From assembly GCA_964403525.1 (NCBI GenBank), contig CAYOGE010000012.1, positions 15,808 through 79,807 on the forward strand: a stretch of DNA of 64,000 bases, given 5' to 3'. Position numbers and translations under genes: made by a program. Every line of letters starts with the position of its first letter. Within the stretch, counting starts at the first letter, position 1. The stretch is from an uncultured Phycisphaeraceae bacterium. GTDB lineage: Bacteria > Planctomycetota > Phycisphaerae > Phycisphaerales > UBA1924. Below, piece after piece: positions 21,858 to 30,402 of the stretch. Under the pieces are notes generated by a model, which worked only from the letters and a program-made list of their open reading frames with translations, did no database searches and was not told the DNA's origin.

Positions 21858-23497
21858 GTGGTCTCCTTGGGGGGTTCTGCCTCATCCCCACCCCGCGCAG
21901 CAAGAGAAATCGTGTGGCGCATGGCCTCAAAGTCGTCGGGTGGATCGATCACCGCGGCCCCCAGCCGCAGCCACCGGGCCCGCGTGCTCGCCGCCGGCTC
22001 ACCCAGCAGGACCAGCGACCTCTTCTTGCCGCGGGCGTGCCAGCGCTGCGCTGTTTTCAGCGCCGCAGGCGATGGCCGCGTGACCCACACGTCGGCATTG
22101 CCCGGAGACGGCTTCTTGCCGCCCCGCAGCCGAAGCCCAGCGCCCAGCAGCACCTGCGTGACCAGAGCGGCCGTCCGGTGATCGGCGATCGACAGCGCCG
22201 CCGTTCGCGCGGCAACGCCGTCCGCGTGCTTTCTGCGTGCCAGCGGCGTTGCCGCCCGCAGCGTGAGGTCCACCGTTGTGCCGTGCCCCGGCGGCGAGCG
22301 GAGCTAAACCTGCCCGCCCGCCCGCGCCGCGACCTTCCTCACCAGCGGAAGCCCCAGGCCGGTCCCCATCTCCCTCGCCTTGGTCGTAAAGAACGGGTCG
22401 AACGCGCGCCGCTGGATCGCAGGCGCCATGCCCCTCCCGTTGTCGCTCACGCTCAGCCGCACGGTCGCGTTGGGTCCGTCGTCAACCGTCTGCGCACTCA
22501 GGCGCACATGCGCGCCGCGTCGCCCCTTGGGCGCCGCTTCGCCGGCGTTCACCATCAGGTTCAAGATCGCCTGCGTCAGCCAGTGCGGCGGGATCCGCAC
22601 CTCCGGCAGGTCACGCGGCAGCCGCACGCTCAGCTTCACGTGCGGCGGCAGCGACTTGCGCAGCAGCGGGCCCATGTTGGTCCACCATGTCGCGACGTTG
22701 GTCGTCTCGTCCGCATCGCCCGCGATCCCCGGGCCGTCGGGGTTCAAGGCGAGAAAGTGCAGCCCGTCGCTGAGGTGCTGCAGGTACGCGATCGAGCGCC
22801 GCACGGCCCTGATGTGCCGCACCGCGGCGGGCGAGAGCCCGCCGTGCTCAAGCGCGTTCAGCCGCGCCCGCACCGGCAGCAGCACGTTGTTCATGTCGTG
22901 CCCAAGCCCCGCCGCGAGCGTGCCGAGCGAGGCGAGCCGGTCGGTGAGCTGCAGCCGAAGATTGGCCGTCGCCAGCGCGCGCGTCTGCTCGGTGATCAGG
23001 TGCTGCATCCGCGACCGCTCGACCGTCGTGCTGGCCGACGTGTCGATCTGGTTGGTGATGTCGCGGATGATCCCGATGAAGTACTGCGTCCCCAGCGTCG
23101 GCAGCACCGCCCGCGACATCGAAAGCTCGATCTGGATAGCGGTGCCATCCTTGCGCACGGCGCCGCACCGGCGCGTCCGCTGGAGTGAGGCGGTCTAGTC
23201 CGCGTGGCGATAGCGGTCCAGGTAGCGGTCGAGCGACGAACGCCGCGGCTCGGGCACAAGCACCTGCATGTTCTGGCCAAGCAACTCAGCCGGCGTCCAG
23301 CCGAACACCTGCTCGACCGAATCGCTCGCAGACTGGATGAACCCGCCCGCGTTCATCGTGATGATGGGGTCCAGCGGAAAACGGGCGGCCTCGTCGCGGA
23401 GGGCGAACGCGCTCGCCGCGGCAAGACGCTCCGCCCGCGCGGTTACCTTCGACGCTCGTGAGGAGCGTGCGGGAGCGTGTTTGTAGCCAACTGGCAT
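21854..23497 (-). pseudogene. PAS - HisKA - HATPase_c - pseudo-receiver hybrid histidine kinase interrupted by two in-frame TAG codons (23195-23197 and 22304-22306)
   Basis: Three tracked ORFs (23195-23710, 22304-23158, 21854-22273) lie in one frame. Joined they read ...DRYLDRYRHAD*TASLQRTRRCGAVRKDGTAIQIELSMS... (PAS core) and ...VRKVAARAGGQV*LRSPPGHGTTVDLTL... (HATPase C-terminus). H-box GLGHDMNN, N-box NLMVNAGEA, G1 DNGRGM and G2 GTGLGLP are all present. Confidence 0.7.
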
Positions 23498-23657
23498 GTG
23501 CAAGTGTACTGCCAGCAACCCGCCGCGCCCGCTGTTTCGCCGAATGAACCAGAGATGAGGGAAGTTTCCGCGTAGCTGCCGCAGACCGCAACAGCCATGA
23601 TCAGCCAGTTGGCGGGCACGGCCACAGGCCCGTAACACAGCAGAAACGGAGGCTCTC

Positions 23658-23948
23658 GTGCGCAACAGGCAAGCCACATCCGCCGCCGCAAACGCCGAAG
23701 CAGAAGACATACGCCTGCTCGTGCAGGCCGTCGAGCGCGAGTTCTGGCGTATCCATGCTGGTAACGGCGTGATCAGCTGGCCCGAGGCCGAGCGCTACCT
23801 GCAGCGCATCCTCGCGCACGCCGTCGCCGGCGACGACGAGGCGACGGCCCGCCCGGCGCGGTGCTCTGCGCTCCAGCCCGCGGCGAGCCGCACGCGCATC
23901 ACTTGGGGGAACGTTCCGCATAGACACAAGCGCCGCGCGCGGTCATGA
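23658..23948 (+). CDS. Hypothetical small protein (weak call)
   Basis: GTG-initiated ORF. The first ~55 aa look protein-like (AEDIRLLVQAVEREFWRIHAGNGVISWPEAERYLQRIL); the tail is Arg-rich. No family recognised. Confidence 0.25.
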   Translation: MRNRQATSAAANAEAEDIRLLVQAVEREFWRIHAGNGVISWPEAERYLQRILAHAVAGDDEATARPARCSALQPAASRTRITWGNVPHRHKRRARS

Positions 23949-24051
23949 TGCTGGTGATTGAAACCGGCTGCGCGTTGTGACGCGACGCCGCCGGCGACAC
24001 TCGCGTCCGGCCCTCGTGCCGGACGAACTTTCGCACCCACGGAGCACCCTC

Positions 24052-24210
24052 ATGCTCGGAACTGTTCTCATCATCATCCTGGTCCTCCTCCTCATCGGCG
24101 GGCTGCCCCTGTTCCCCTACAGCCGCAAGTGGGGCTACGGGCCCGGCGGCGTGATCGGCCTGCTGCTGGTCGTGCTCATCGTCATGATGCTGATGGGCGT
24201 CTTCCGCTGA
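24052..24210 (+). CDS. DUF3309-family small membrane protein
   Basis: The 52-aa MLGTVLIIILVLLLIGGLPLFPYSRKWGYGPGGVIGLLLVVLIVMMLMGVFR matches the DUF3309 pattern (...PxWPYSRxWGYxPxG...). ATG at 24052 preceded by GGAG. Confidence 0.7.
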   Translation: MLGTVLIIILVLLLIGGLPLFPYSRKWGYGPGGVIGLLLVVLIVMMLMGVFR

Positions 24211-24299
24211 ATCGACCGCTCAACACGGCCGGCGGCGTGGCACGACGGATACCCGTGTCACGCCGCTGCCTCTGACTTGATACCTCGAAAGGGAACACC

Positions 24300-24566
24300 A
24301 TGACCATGAACAGACCAGGGCCAAAGCAACAGCCTCAACCGTCAGTGCCCTCTGCGGCCGTTCAAGCCGGTGCTCTCGCCACAAGGCTCTCGGTGTCATG
24401 CTTCGCGGCCCTGGCGTGCGCAGAGGCGCTCAACTACGGCCGCTCGCACCCAGGTTCCCGGCGCCTCGCTCTCGCCCTCGACAACGACACCCCCGCCGAC
24501 GTCGATCGCGAGGCGCTCCCAAGCCGCAAGCCGCAGCCGAGGCTCATGCCGCCCGCGTCAATGTAG
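24300..24566 (+). CDS. Hypothetical small ORF (weak call)
   Basis: ATG preceded by GAAAGGGAA. No recognisable family and the composition is only marginally protein-like. Confidence 0.2.
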   Translation: MTMNRPGPKQQPQPSVPSAAVQAGALATRLSVSCFAALACAEALNYGRSHPGSRRLALALDNDTPADVDREALPSRKPQPRLMPPASM

Positions 24567-24764
24567 ATCCCTTTGAAGAAGCCCGCCCGCGCGGGGCAGC
24601 GGTGAAGCTCGCACGGCGGATCCCTCTCGACCGTGCTCTCCACCGTTGCCGCACCCACAGCGGCTGCGCGCCACACCGGGGCACGACCCCCGAGGATCAG
24701 TGCGTGCGCAGCTCCAGGCGACGCCCTCGAGCCGTCGCGCCGGGCCAAGGTTGATGAGAAGGGG

Positions 24765-24795
24765 CAAGGCCCGCGTACCCACAGCGCGGGCCTTG
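24765..24795 (+). terminator. Strong hairpin (possible terminator or RNA structural element) in an about 690-bp gene-poor stretch
   Basis: CAAGGCCCGCG-(9-nt loop)-CGCGGGCCTTG, an 11-bp perfect stem followed by TCATTTGC. Confidence 0.4.
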
Positions 24796-24904
24796 TCATT
24801 TGCTCGCGCAACCCACCGACGCTCCACGCGCTCCGATATGATGCCCCGCGCTCATTCCGCCGGTCCCGCATCCACTCTCTTCCATCAACTCCATCGAGGG
24901 CCCC

Positions 24905-25471
24905 ATGCCGCGAACCACCACCACCGTTAACAAATCAAAGCAGATCAAGGCCACCGCATCCCTCAAGCGTGCCCGCGTAGAAGAAGCCGGTCTCGGCGGC
25001 CGCCGCGCCGGCAAGGCCCTCGCCACCACCAGCGTTGCCCAGGCCCAGCGCGATGCCCGTAACGCCAAGCCAATCGCCGCGGCGAAGCCCAAGCCCACGC
25101 CCGCCAACGCAAAGCCCGCTTCCGCGCCAAAGAAGAAGAACGCCGCACGCTCGGCCCTCCTCATCGAGGTCCGCACCTCCCACACCGTCCCCGGCAGCGC
25201 GAGCCTCGATGCCCACGTTGAGTCGGTCATCTCCGGCACGCTCTCGCGATTCTTCGAGCGCCTCACGCGCATCGACGTCTACCTCAACGACGAGAACGGT
25301 GCCAAGTCCGGCGGCAGCGACAAGCACTGCCAGATCGAGGCGCGCCCCGCCGCCAGCAAGCCCGTCTCCGCCTCAGCCAACGCGGCAACCATCGAAAAGG
25401 CCCTCACCACCGCCGCCGGCAAGATGAAACGCCTGCTGACCACCAAGTTTGAGAAGCGCTCGCGCCGGTAG
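24905..25471 (+). CDS. HPF/RaiA-family ribosome-associated protein with a long basic N-terminal extension
   Basis: The C-terminal half (FFERLTRIDVYLNDENGAKSGGSDKHCQIEARPAASKPVSASANAATIEKALTTAAGKMKRLL) matches the LTRVEVHLSDENG-x-KGG-x-DKRC-x-x-EAR type of S30AE/HPF proteins. The N-terminal ~90 aa are Lys/Ala/Pro-rich. Confidence 0.7.
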   Translation: MPRTTTTVNKSKQIKATASLKRARVEEAGLGGRRAGKALATTSVAQAQRDARNAKPIAAAKPKPTPANAKPASAPKKKNAARSALLIEVRTSHTVPGSASLDAHVESVISGTLSRFFERLTRIDVYLNDENGAKSGGSDKHCQIEARPAASKPVSASANAATIEKALTTAAGKMKRLLTTKFEKRSRR

Positions 25472-25615
25472 GCCCGCAACCGCTCCGGCGATCCGTGCTG
25501 AGCCACCACCCGTTCAATGGGCTTGGCCGATACCCATCCCGGCGGCACATCTGATAGGCTCGGCTCTCAGCAGCCGCGGCGGTCCTCCACCCGGCGCATG
25601 TGAAGGATCGGCCCC

Positions 25616-28087
25616 ATGAACACCCACCTTGTTGCAGCATGCCTCGTCGCCGCGGCCCTCGTCTGCCCGCCGGCTCTGGCGCAGGAGTCCCACAACAACA
25701 GGCCTCCCGTGCCGGATCTCACCCAGGGTGGCCAGCCCAGCAGCAACCACACCTGGACGCTCGGCGCCACCGGTGCCCGCGGCTGGTTCTGGAACTGGAA
25801 GCTCGCCTCGGGCGTCCAGAACGACGATGCACGCCAGATCCTCATCACCGATGTCGCCGAGGGCTCGCCCGCCGCCGGTCTCCTCAAGCCCGGCGATGTG
25901 ATCCTGGGCATCGACGGCCAGCCGTTCCGCAGCGATGCGCGCTGCGCCTTCGCCCAGGCTGTCACCGACGCCGAGACCGAAGCCCGCGCCGGCGTGCTGA
26001 AGCTCCTCCGCTGGCGCGACGGCCAGACCGACGACATCCAGCTCAAGCTCCGCATCCTCGGCGCCTACACGCCCACCGCGCCCTACGCCTGCGAGAAGTC
26101 CAGGCTCATCTTCGAGCAAGGGTGCGAGGCGATCGCCAGACGCGGCTTCAAGAACCGAAACGGCAAGGTCCAGATCAGCATCGCCAACGACATGAACGCC
26201 CTCGCGCTGCTGGCCCTTGTCGCCAGCGGCAACGAGGCCCACCGCCCGCTCGTGGCCGAGTACGCCCGCGCGGTCGCCGACTCGCGACCCGGCGGGCTCG
26301 AGTCCTGGGGCTACGCCTACGAGACGCTCTTCCTCGCCGAGTACGCGCTGGCGACCCGCGACCAATCGGTGATGCCCGGCCTCAAGCGCCTCACCCTCGA
26401 CATCGCCCGCGGCGCCAGCGCTGTGGGCACCTGGGGCCACCGCTTCGCCGCTCCCTCGGGCAACCTGAACGGCTACGGCTGCATGAACCAGCCCGGCATC
26501 CCCCTCACCCTCGCAATGGTCCTCGCGCGTGAGGCCGGTGTGAACGACCCCGACCTGGACAAGGCGATCGCCATGGCGAGCGCCTTCCTCCGCCAGTGGG
26601 TCGACCGCGGCGCCATCCCCTACGGCGACCACGACGCGTGGCCCTGGCACGAGGACAACGGCAAGTGCTCGGGCGCTGCCGTTCTCTTCGACCTGCTGGG
26701 CGATCGCGAAGCCGCCGCCTACTACGCACGCATGGCCACCGCCGCCTACGCCGAGCGCGAGAGCGGGCACACCGGCAACTACTTCAACATCCTCTGGGCG
26801 CTCCCGGGCGTCTCGCGCTGCGGGCCCGCCGCCACCAGCGCCTACTTCAACCAGGCCCGCTGGTACTACGACCTCGCCCGCGCCTGGGATGGGAGCGTCG
26901 GCTACGTCGCCATCCGCGGCGAGAACTCCTACGAGAACTGGGACTGCACCGGCTCATACCTGCTCGGCTACGCCCTCCCCCTCAAGAGCCTCTACATCAC
27001 CGGCCGCCGGCCCGGCGCTGCGCCCGTGCTCACCCAGACCGAAGTGGACGAAACCATCGCCGCGGGCCGCGACTTCTCCTTCTTCGACGCCGACCGCCAC
27101 CTCTGGTACGCCGACCGGCCGACCGAAGCCCTCCTCGCCGGGCTCTCGAGCTGGTCGCCCGCCGTCCGCCAGCGCTCCGCCATCGCGCTGGCCCACCGAC
27201 CGGGAGACTTCCTTCCGCAACTTGTCGAGCTGCTCGACGGCAACGACCCCCACGGGCGCTACGGCGCCTGCGAAGCGGTGGCGAACCTCGGCGCAAAGGC
27301 CGATGCGCTCGCCCCGCGCATCCGCGCTCTGCTCAACGACCGCGACCCATGGCTGCGGATGCTCGCCGCCCGCGCCATCCCGCGCATGAGCCAGACCATC
27401 CGCAGCGCCGCCGTGCCCGACCTGCTCAACGCGGCCCTGATCAACGACCCGAGCGACCGGCGGCAGCGCCTCGCCGGGGAGGTGGCCAAGGCCCTCTTCT
27501 CGCTCAGCCCCGGCACCGGCGAGCCCGCCCCCATCCTCGCCAGGTCACTCGACGGCGTCGACCGCCCGCTCCTGCACGCCGCGCTCAAGCGCGTCATCTC
27601 CAACGAAGATGGCCTCATCCGCGGCCTCGCCGCCGGCATCTACCCGTTGCTCACGCCAGACGATGCCCGCGCTATCCTCCCCGAGTTGGTCAGCGCCATC
27701 CGAACCAACGCCCCAAGCGGCGAGATGTTCCGCTACGGCGTCCGCTACAACGGCCTCGACCTGCTGGCCCGCCTGCGGATCACCGAGGGCATGGCCCTGA
27801 GCATCGACCTCATGAACGAGTTCGAGTGGGGGAGCGAGGTCGGCCGCTGCATCCGCCCGCTCCGCGCCTACGGCGGCGCTGCCCGCCCACTCATCCCGCG
27901 ACTGCACGAGACCATCGCCGCCATGCGCGCCGACGTCAAGGCCAACAACGGCGACACCAAGAAGCTCGACCGCGACATCAAAGCCATCGAAGGGCTCATC
28001 GCCGCGATCGAGGCCGACACCAACCCCGCCCCCACACAGAGCATCGAAGCATTCACCGCCGCGCGGCCTGCTCCTCCGCTTCCCTGA
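25616..28087 (+). CDS. Large secreted protein: PDZ-like domain, alpha-helical toroid-like middle, C-terminal HEAT-like repeats
   Basis: Signal peptide MNTHLVAACLVAAALVCPPALAQ. PDZ-like GSPAAGLLKPGDVILGIDGQPF. HEAT-like repeats (RYGACEAVANLGAKADALAPRIRALLNDRDPWLRMLAARAI). Confidence 0.7.
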   Translation: MNTHLVAACLVAAALVCPPALAQESHNNRPPVPDLTQGGQPSSNHTWTLGATGARGWFWNWKLASGVQNDDARQILITDVAEGSPAAGLLKPGDVILGIDGQPFRSDARCAFAQAVTDAETEARAGVLKLLRWRDGQTDDIQLKLRILGAYTPTAPYACEKSRLIFEQGCEAIARRGFKNRNGKVQISIANDMNALALLALVASGNEAHRPLVAEYARAVADSRPGGLESWGYAYETLFLAEYALATRDQSVMPGLKRLTLDIARGASAVGTWGHRFAAPSGNLNGYGCMNQPGIPLTLAMVLAREAGVNDPDLDKAIAMASAFLRQWVDRGAIPYGDHDAWPWHEDNGKCSGAAVLFDLLGDREAAAYYARMATAAYAERESGHTGNYFNILWALPGVSRCGPAATSAYFNQARWYYDLARAWDGSVGYVAIRGENSYENWDCTGSYLLGYALPLKSLYITGRRPGAAPVLTQTEVDETIAAGRDFSFFDADRHLWYADRPTEALLAGLSSWSPAVRQRSAIALAHRPGDFLPQLVELLDGNDPHGRYGACEAVANLGAKADALAPRIRALLNDRDPWLRMLAARAIPRMSQTIRSAAVPDLLNAALINDPSDRRQRLAGEVAKALFSLSPGTGEPAPILARSLDGVDRPLLHAALKRVISNEDGLIRGLAAGIYPLLTPDDARAILPELVSAIRTNAPSGEMFRYGVRYNGLDLLARLRITEGMALSIDLMNEFEWGSEVGRCIRPLRAYGGAARPLIPRLHETIAAMRADVKANNGDTKKLDRDIKAIEGLIAAIEADTNPAPTQSIEAFTAARPAPPLP

Positions 28088-28103
28088 TTGCCCAAGAAGG
28101 GAA

Positions 28104-28173
28104 CAGCCGCGGATCAACGCGGATCAACGCCGATCAGCAACAACGGCCCCCACGAGCCCCGAGCGTGAGCGAG
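28104..28173. repeat. Intergenic modular repeat, copy A (modules M1'-M2)
   Basis: cagccgcggatcaacgcggatcaacgccgatcagcaacaacggcccccacgagccccgagcgtgagcgag is nearly identical to 30106-30175. Confidence 0.9.
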
Positions 28174-28272
28174 CGGGTGCGCATACAGCAACGCCGGCGC
28201 GTGACACGATTGAGGCCACACCCTTAGCGCGTGCGGCTGGTCTACAACGTGTTGGCATCAGCCGCGCGGGCG

Positions 28273-28920
28273 TCAGGTGGTGCGCCTGCGGCGCCCCGCT
28301 CCGGCCGCCAGCGCCCCCAGCACGAACACCGAGCCGGCGGCCGGTGCTGGCACCGTCAGCGTCACGCTGTCAACCCGGTTCGTGCCCGCCGCCGCGACGG
28401 TCTGCAGGCTCACCATGCGGAAGACCAGCAGCGCCTGATTGTCGTACGCCGCGGGCAGGTTCACAGTGAAGATGTCCATCGCCACCGGCACCCCCGGGCT
28501 GCTCCAGCCCGGCCCCGACAGCACCCGCACCGAGTAGCCCGGCAGCAGCGTCACAAAGCTCGCGCCGTCGGTGCTGACGGTGAAGTCGAACAGCTCCGGC
28601 CCCGTCGGTGACCGTCCCTGGCTCCAGCTGAAGGTCAGCCCCGCGTAGCCGGTCGAGCTGGTGCGGAACTCGAAGTAGTCGCCCGCATCCCACCCGTTGG
28701 AACTCATCGACTCCGGCGTCCCGTTGCCGGTGGGGTTGCTGATCGTGCCCCCCGTGACGGCGAACGCGTTGCCCCCCAGCGTGCCCCCCTCCGCCGCGTG
28801 CGGACCCGCCGTCGTGGGGACGCTGGTCTCGAACGTCCACTCCGCCAGCGTCACCTGCCCGCAGGCAACACCCGCGCCCGCAAGCAACGCGGCGATCGAA
28901 AGGGTCATCGTTGTCAACAT
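28273..28920 (-). CDS. Secreted protein with a PEP-CTERM-like C-terminal sorting tail
   Basis: ATG at 28920 after AGGAGAGAGAGC. Signal peptide MLTTMTLSIAALLAGAGVACGQ. C-terminus VPAPAAGSVFVLGALAAGAGRRRRTT (motif, TM helix, Arg cluster). Confidence 0.7.
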   Translation of the reverse strand: MLTTMTLSIAALLAGAGVACGQVTLAEWTFETSVPTTAGPHAAEGGTLGGNAFAVTGGTISNPTGNGTPESMSSNGWDAGDYFEFRTSSTGYAGLTFSWSQGRSPTGPELFDFTVSTDGASFVTLLPGYSVRVLSGPGWSSPGVPVAMDIFTVNLPAAYDNQALLVFRMVSLQTVAAAGTNRVDSVTLTVPAPAAGSVFVLGALAAGAGRRRRTT

Positions 28921-29056
28921 GCTCTCTCTCCTGGCGGTAACGGCCCGCACCCCGAACTGCGCATCCACGCCCGCGCGCGGAGAGGTCGGCTCACGTCAGT
29001 ATGCCCTCTTCCGCCCCCTCTGTCAAGGGCGTTTCTTCCGCCATCCCCGCCCCGTC

Positions 29057-29100
29057 GAGCATCCGAGCCAGCCACGGATGAACGCGGATCAGCACGGATC
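29057..29100. repeat. Intergenic modular repeat, copy B (module M1)
   Basis: gagcatccgagccagccacggatgaacgcggatcagcacggatc matches 30093-30140 and 30217-30263 with a few substitutions. Confidence 0.85.
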
Positions 29101-29199
29101 GTGCCTGCCAGCCTCGTGGCCTATGAGGTGATCGAGGGCAGGTCCTCCGCCCCCTGCGCCAAAGTGATCTCGCGCCATCCACACCGCGCAACCGCACGC

Positions 29200-29829
29200 T
29201 CAGCGCGAGCGGCGGCGACGGCCCAGCGCGATCATCCCGGCGACCAGCGGCGCTGCCGAGTGGGGAGCGGGGACGATCAAGAGCCGGAAGATCACCGTCT
29301 CGTTCACGTCAGCGCGAGGGTCCCAGATGCACCCCAGCGCGGGCATCCCGTTGTAGTCCGGGGGAAGACCAAACGAGATCGTCGCGGTCCCGTCGGTCGC
29401 GGGCACCCATCCGCTCCCCCCGCCCGAACCGCCCGCGTTGGCGGCGGCGATGAAGGCGTTGATCGCGTTCTGGTCCGGGTGCACGAAGTCGTTGGGCCCG
29501 GCGTTGTATGACTCCCACCCCATGCCCGGCAGGATCGCATCGAACGAAGCGCCGCCGTTGGTGCTGATGTACCCGCCCAGGCCGAACACCGCGCCGTAGT
29601 CCGACACGGCCACGTAGATGTACCCGCTGGAACTGAAGACGGTGCTGAACGACTGCACCTGGTTCCAATCGTTGGCCCCGGCGAGGTGGGTCACGGTGCC
29701 GCTCGCGGTGCCGGTGAAGGCATCGAACTGGTTGTCACCGGAGATGAACCCCTGAACGTTGACCTGCGCCTGCGCTGCGCTGGCGATGCACGCCCCCGCC
29801 GCCAGCACACCGATGGTTCGAATGGACAT
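29200..29829 (-). CDS. Secreted protein with a PEP-CTERM-like C-terminal sorting tail
   Basis: ATG at 29829 after AAGGA. Signal peptide MSIRTIGVLAAGACIASAAQAQ. C-terminus LLIVPAPHSAAPLVAGMIALGRRRRSR. Confidence 0.7.
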   Translation of the reverse strand: MSIRTIGVLAAGACIASAAQAQVNVQGFISGDNQFDAFTGTASGTVTHLAGANDWNQVQSFSTVFSSSGYIYVAVSDYGAVFGLGGYISTNGGASFDAILPGMGWESYNAGPNDFVHPDQNAINAFIAAANAGGSGGGSGWVPATDGTATISFGLPPDYNGMPALGCIWDPRADVNETVIFRLLIVPAPHSAAPLVAGMIALGRRRRSR

Positions 29830-30092
29830 ACGCACTCCTTACTTGCTTGACCAGAGCGAGCGCCACCGCCCGACCCGTGACGACACGACACCGTCAGACT
29901 ACCTCTTATTTCCAATCTGTCAACCCGAATTGTGCAGGAATCACCGGATGCAGCGCCGATCGCCACCGGCCGCCGACCGTCACCCATGTGAACATGGGAA
30001 AGACGGGCAAGGAGCGGAGGGGGGTGGGGGGCGGGGGGGTGGTGGGAAAGGGAACGTGATGCTCAGGCTCCCGTGCCCCGCGCGATGACCCC

Positions 30093-30263
30093 GAGCATCC
30101 GAGCCAGCCGCGGATCAACGCGGATCAACGCGGATCAGCAACAACGGCCCCCACGAGCCCCGAGCGTGAGCGAGTGGAGCATCCGGCCCCCACGAGCCCC
30201 GAGCGTGAGCGAGTGGGGCATCCAAACCAGCCACGGATGGACACGGATCAGCACGGATCAGCA
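30093..30263. repeat. Intergenic modular repeat, copy C (M1-M2-M2'-M1)
   Basis: Contains the 10-bp tandem gcggatcaac. Also a 39-bp tandem duplication of ggcccccacgagccccgagcgtgagcgagtgg (30146 and 30185) and a second M1-like module, catccaaaccagccacggatggacacggatcagcacggatcagca. Confidence 0.9.
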
Positions 30264-30292
30264 AGCCTCTCACCTCAACTCCCCCGCCCCCA

Positions 30293-30308
30293 GCTCTGAC
30301 CGACTTCC
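30293..30308. repeat. Left copy of the 16-bp perfect direct repeat GCTCTGACCGACTTCC flanking the orphan gene
   Basis: Identical 16-mer at 31828-31843. Both copies are adjacent to C5-7GC5-6 tracts (30281-30291 and 31855-31869). Confidence 0.9.
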
Positions 30309-30402
30309 CTCCGCGCCCGCCGACAACAGACCGGCGAGCGTGAAGCCCAAAGGCACACTGAAGTTCCCGAGGGGGGCGGCCATTTCATCGAGGGCGAATA
30401 GA

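Noticed and set aside
22304-23197. Pyrrolysine or reassigned-TAG decoding of the two in-frame TAG codons
   Set aside because: TAG terminates at least three other well-defined genes in this window. No pylTSBCD-like genes or suppressor tRNA are visible. Nonsense mutation is the simpler explanation.
25514-26770. 418-aa minus-strand ORF, plus the 310-aa and 543-aa alternative plus-frame ORFs over the 823-aa gene
   Set aside because: The 25616-28087 frame has a signal peptide, a PDZ-like domain and HEAT-like repeats. The alternatives are Gly/Ala/Arg-rich with no motifs.
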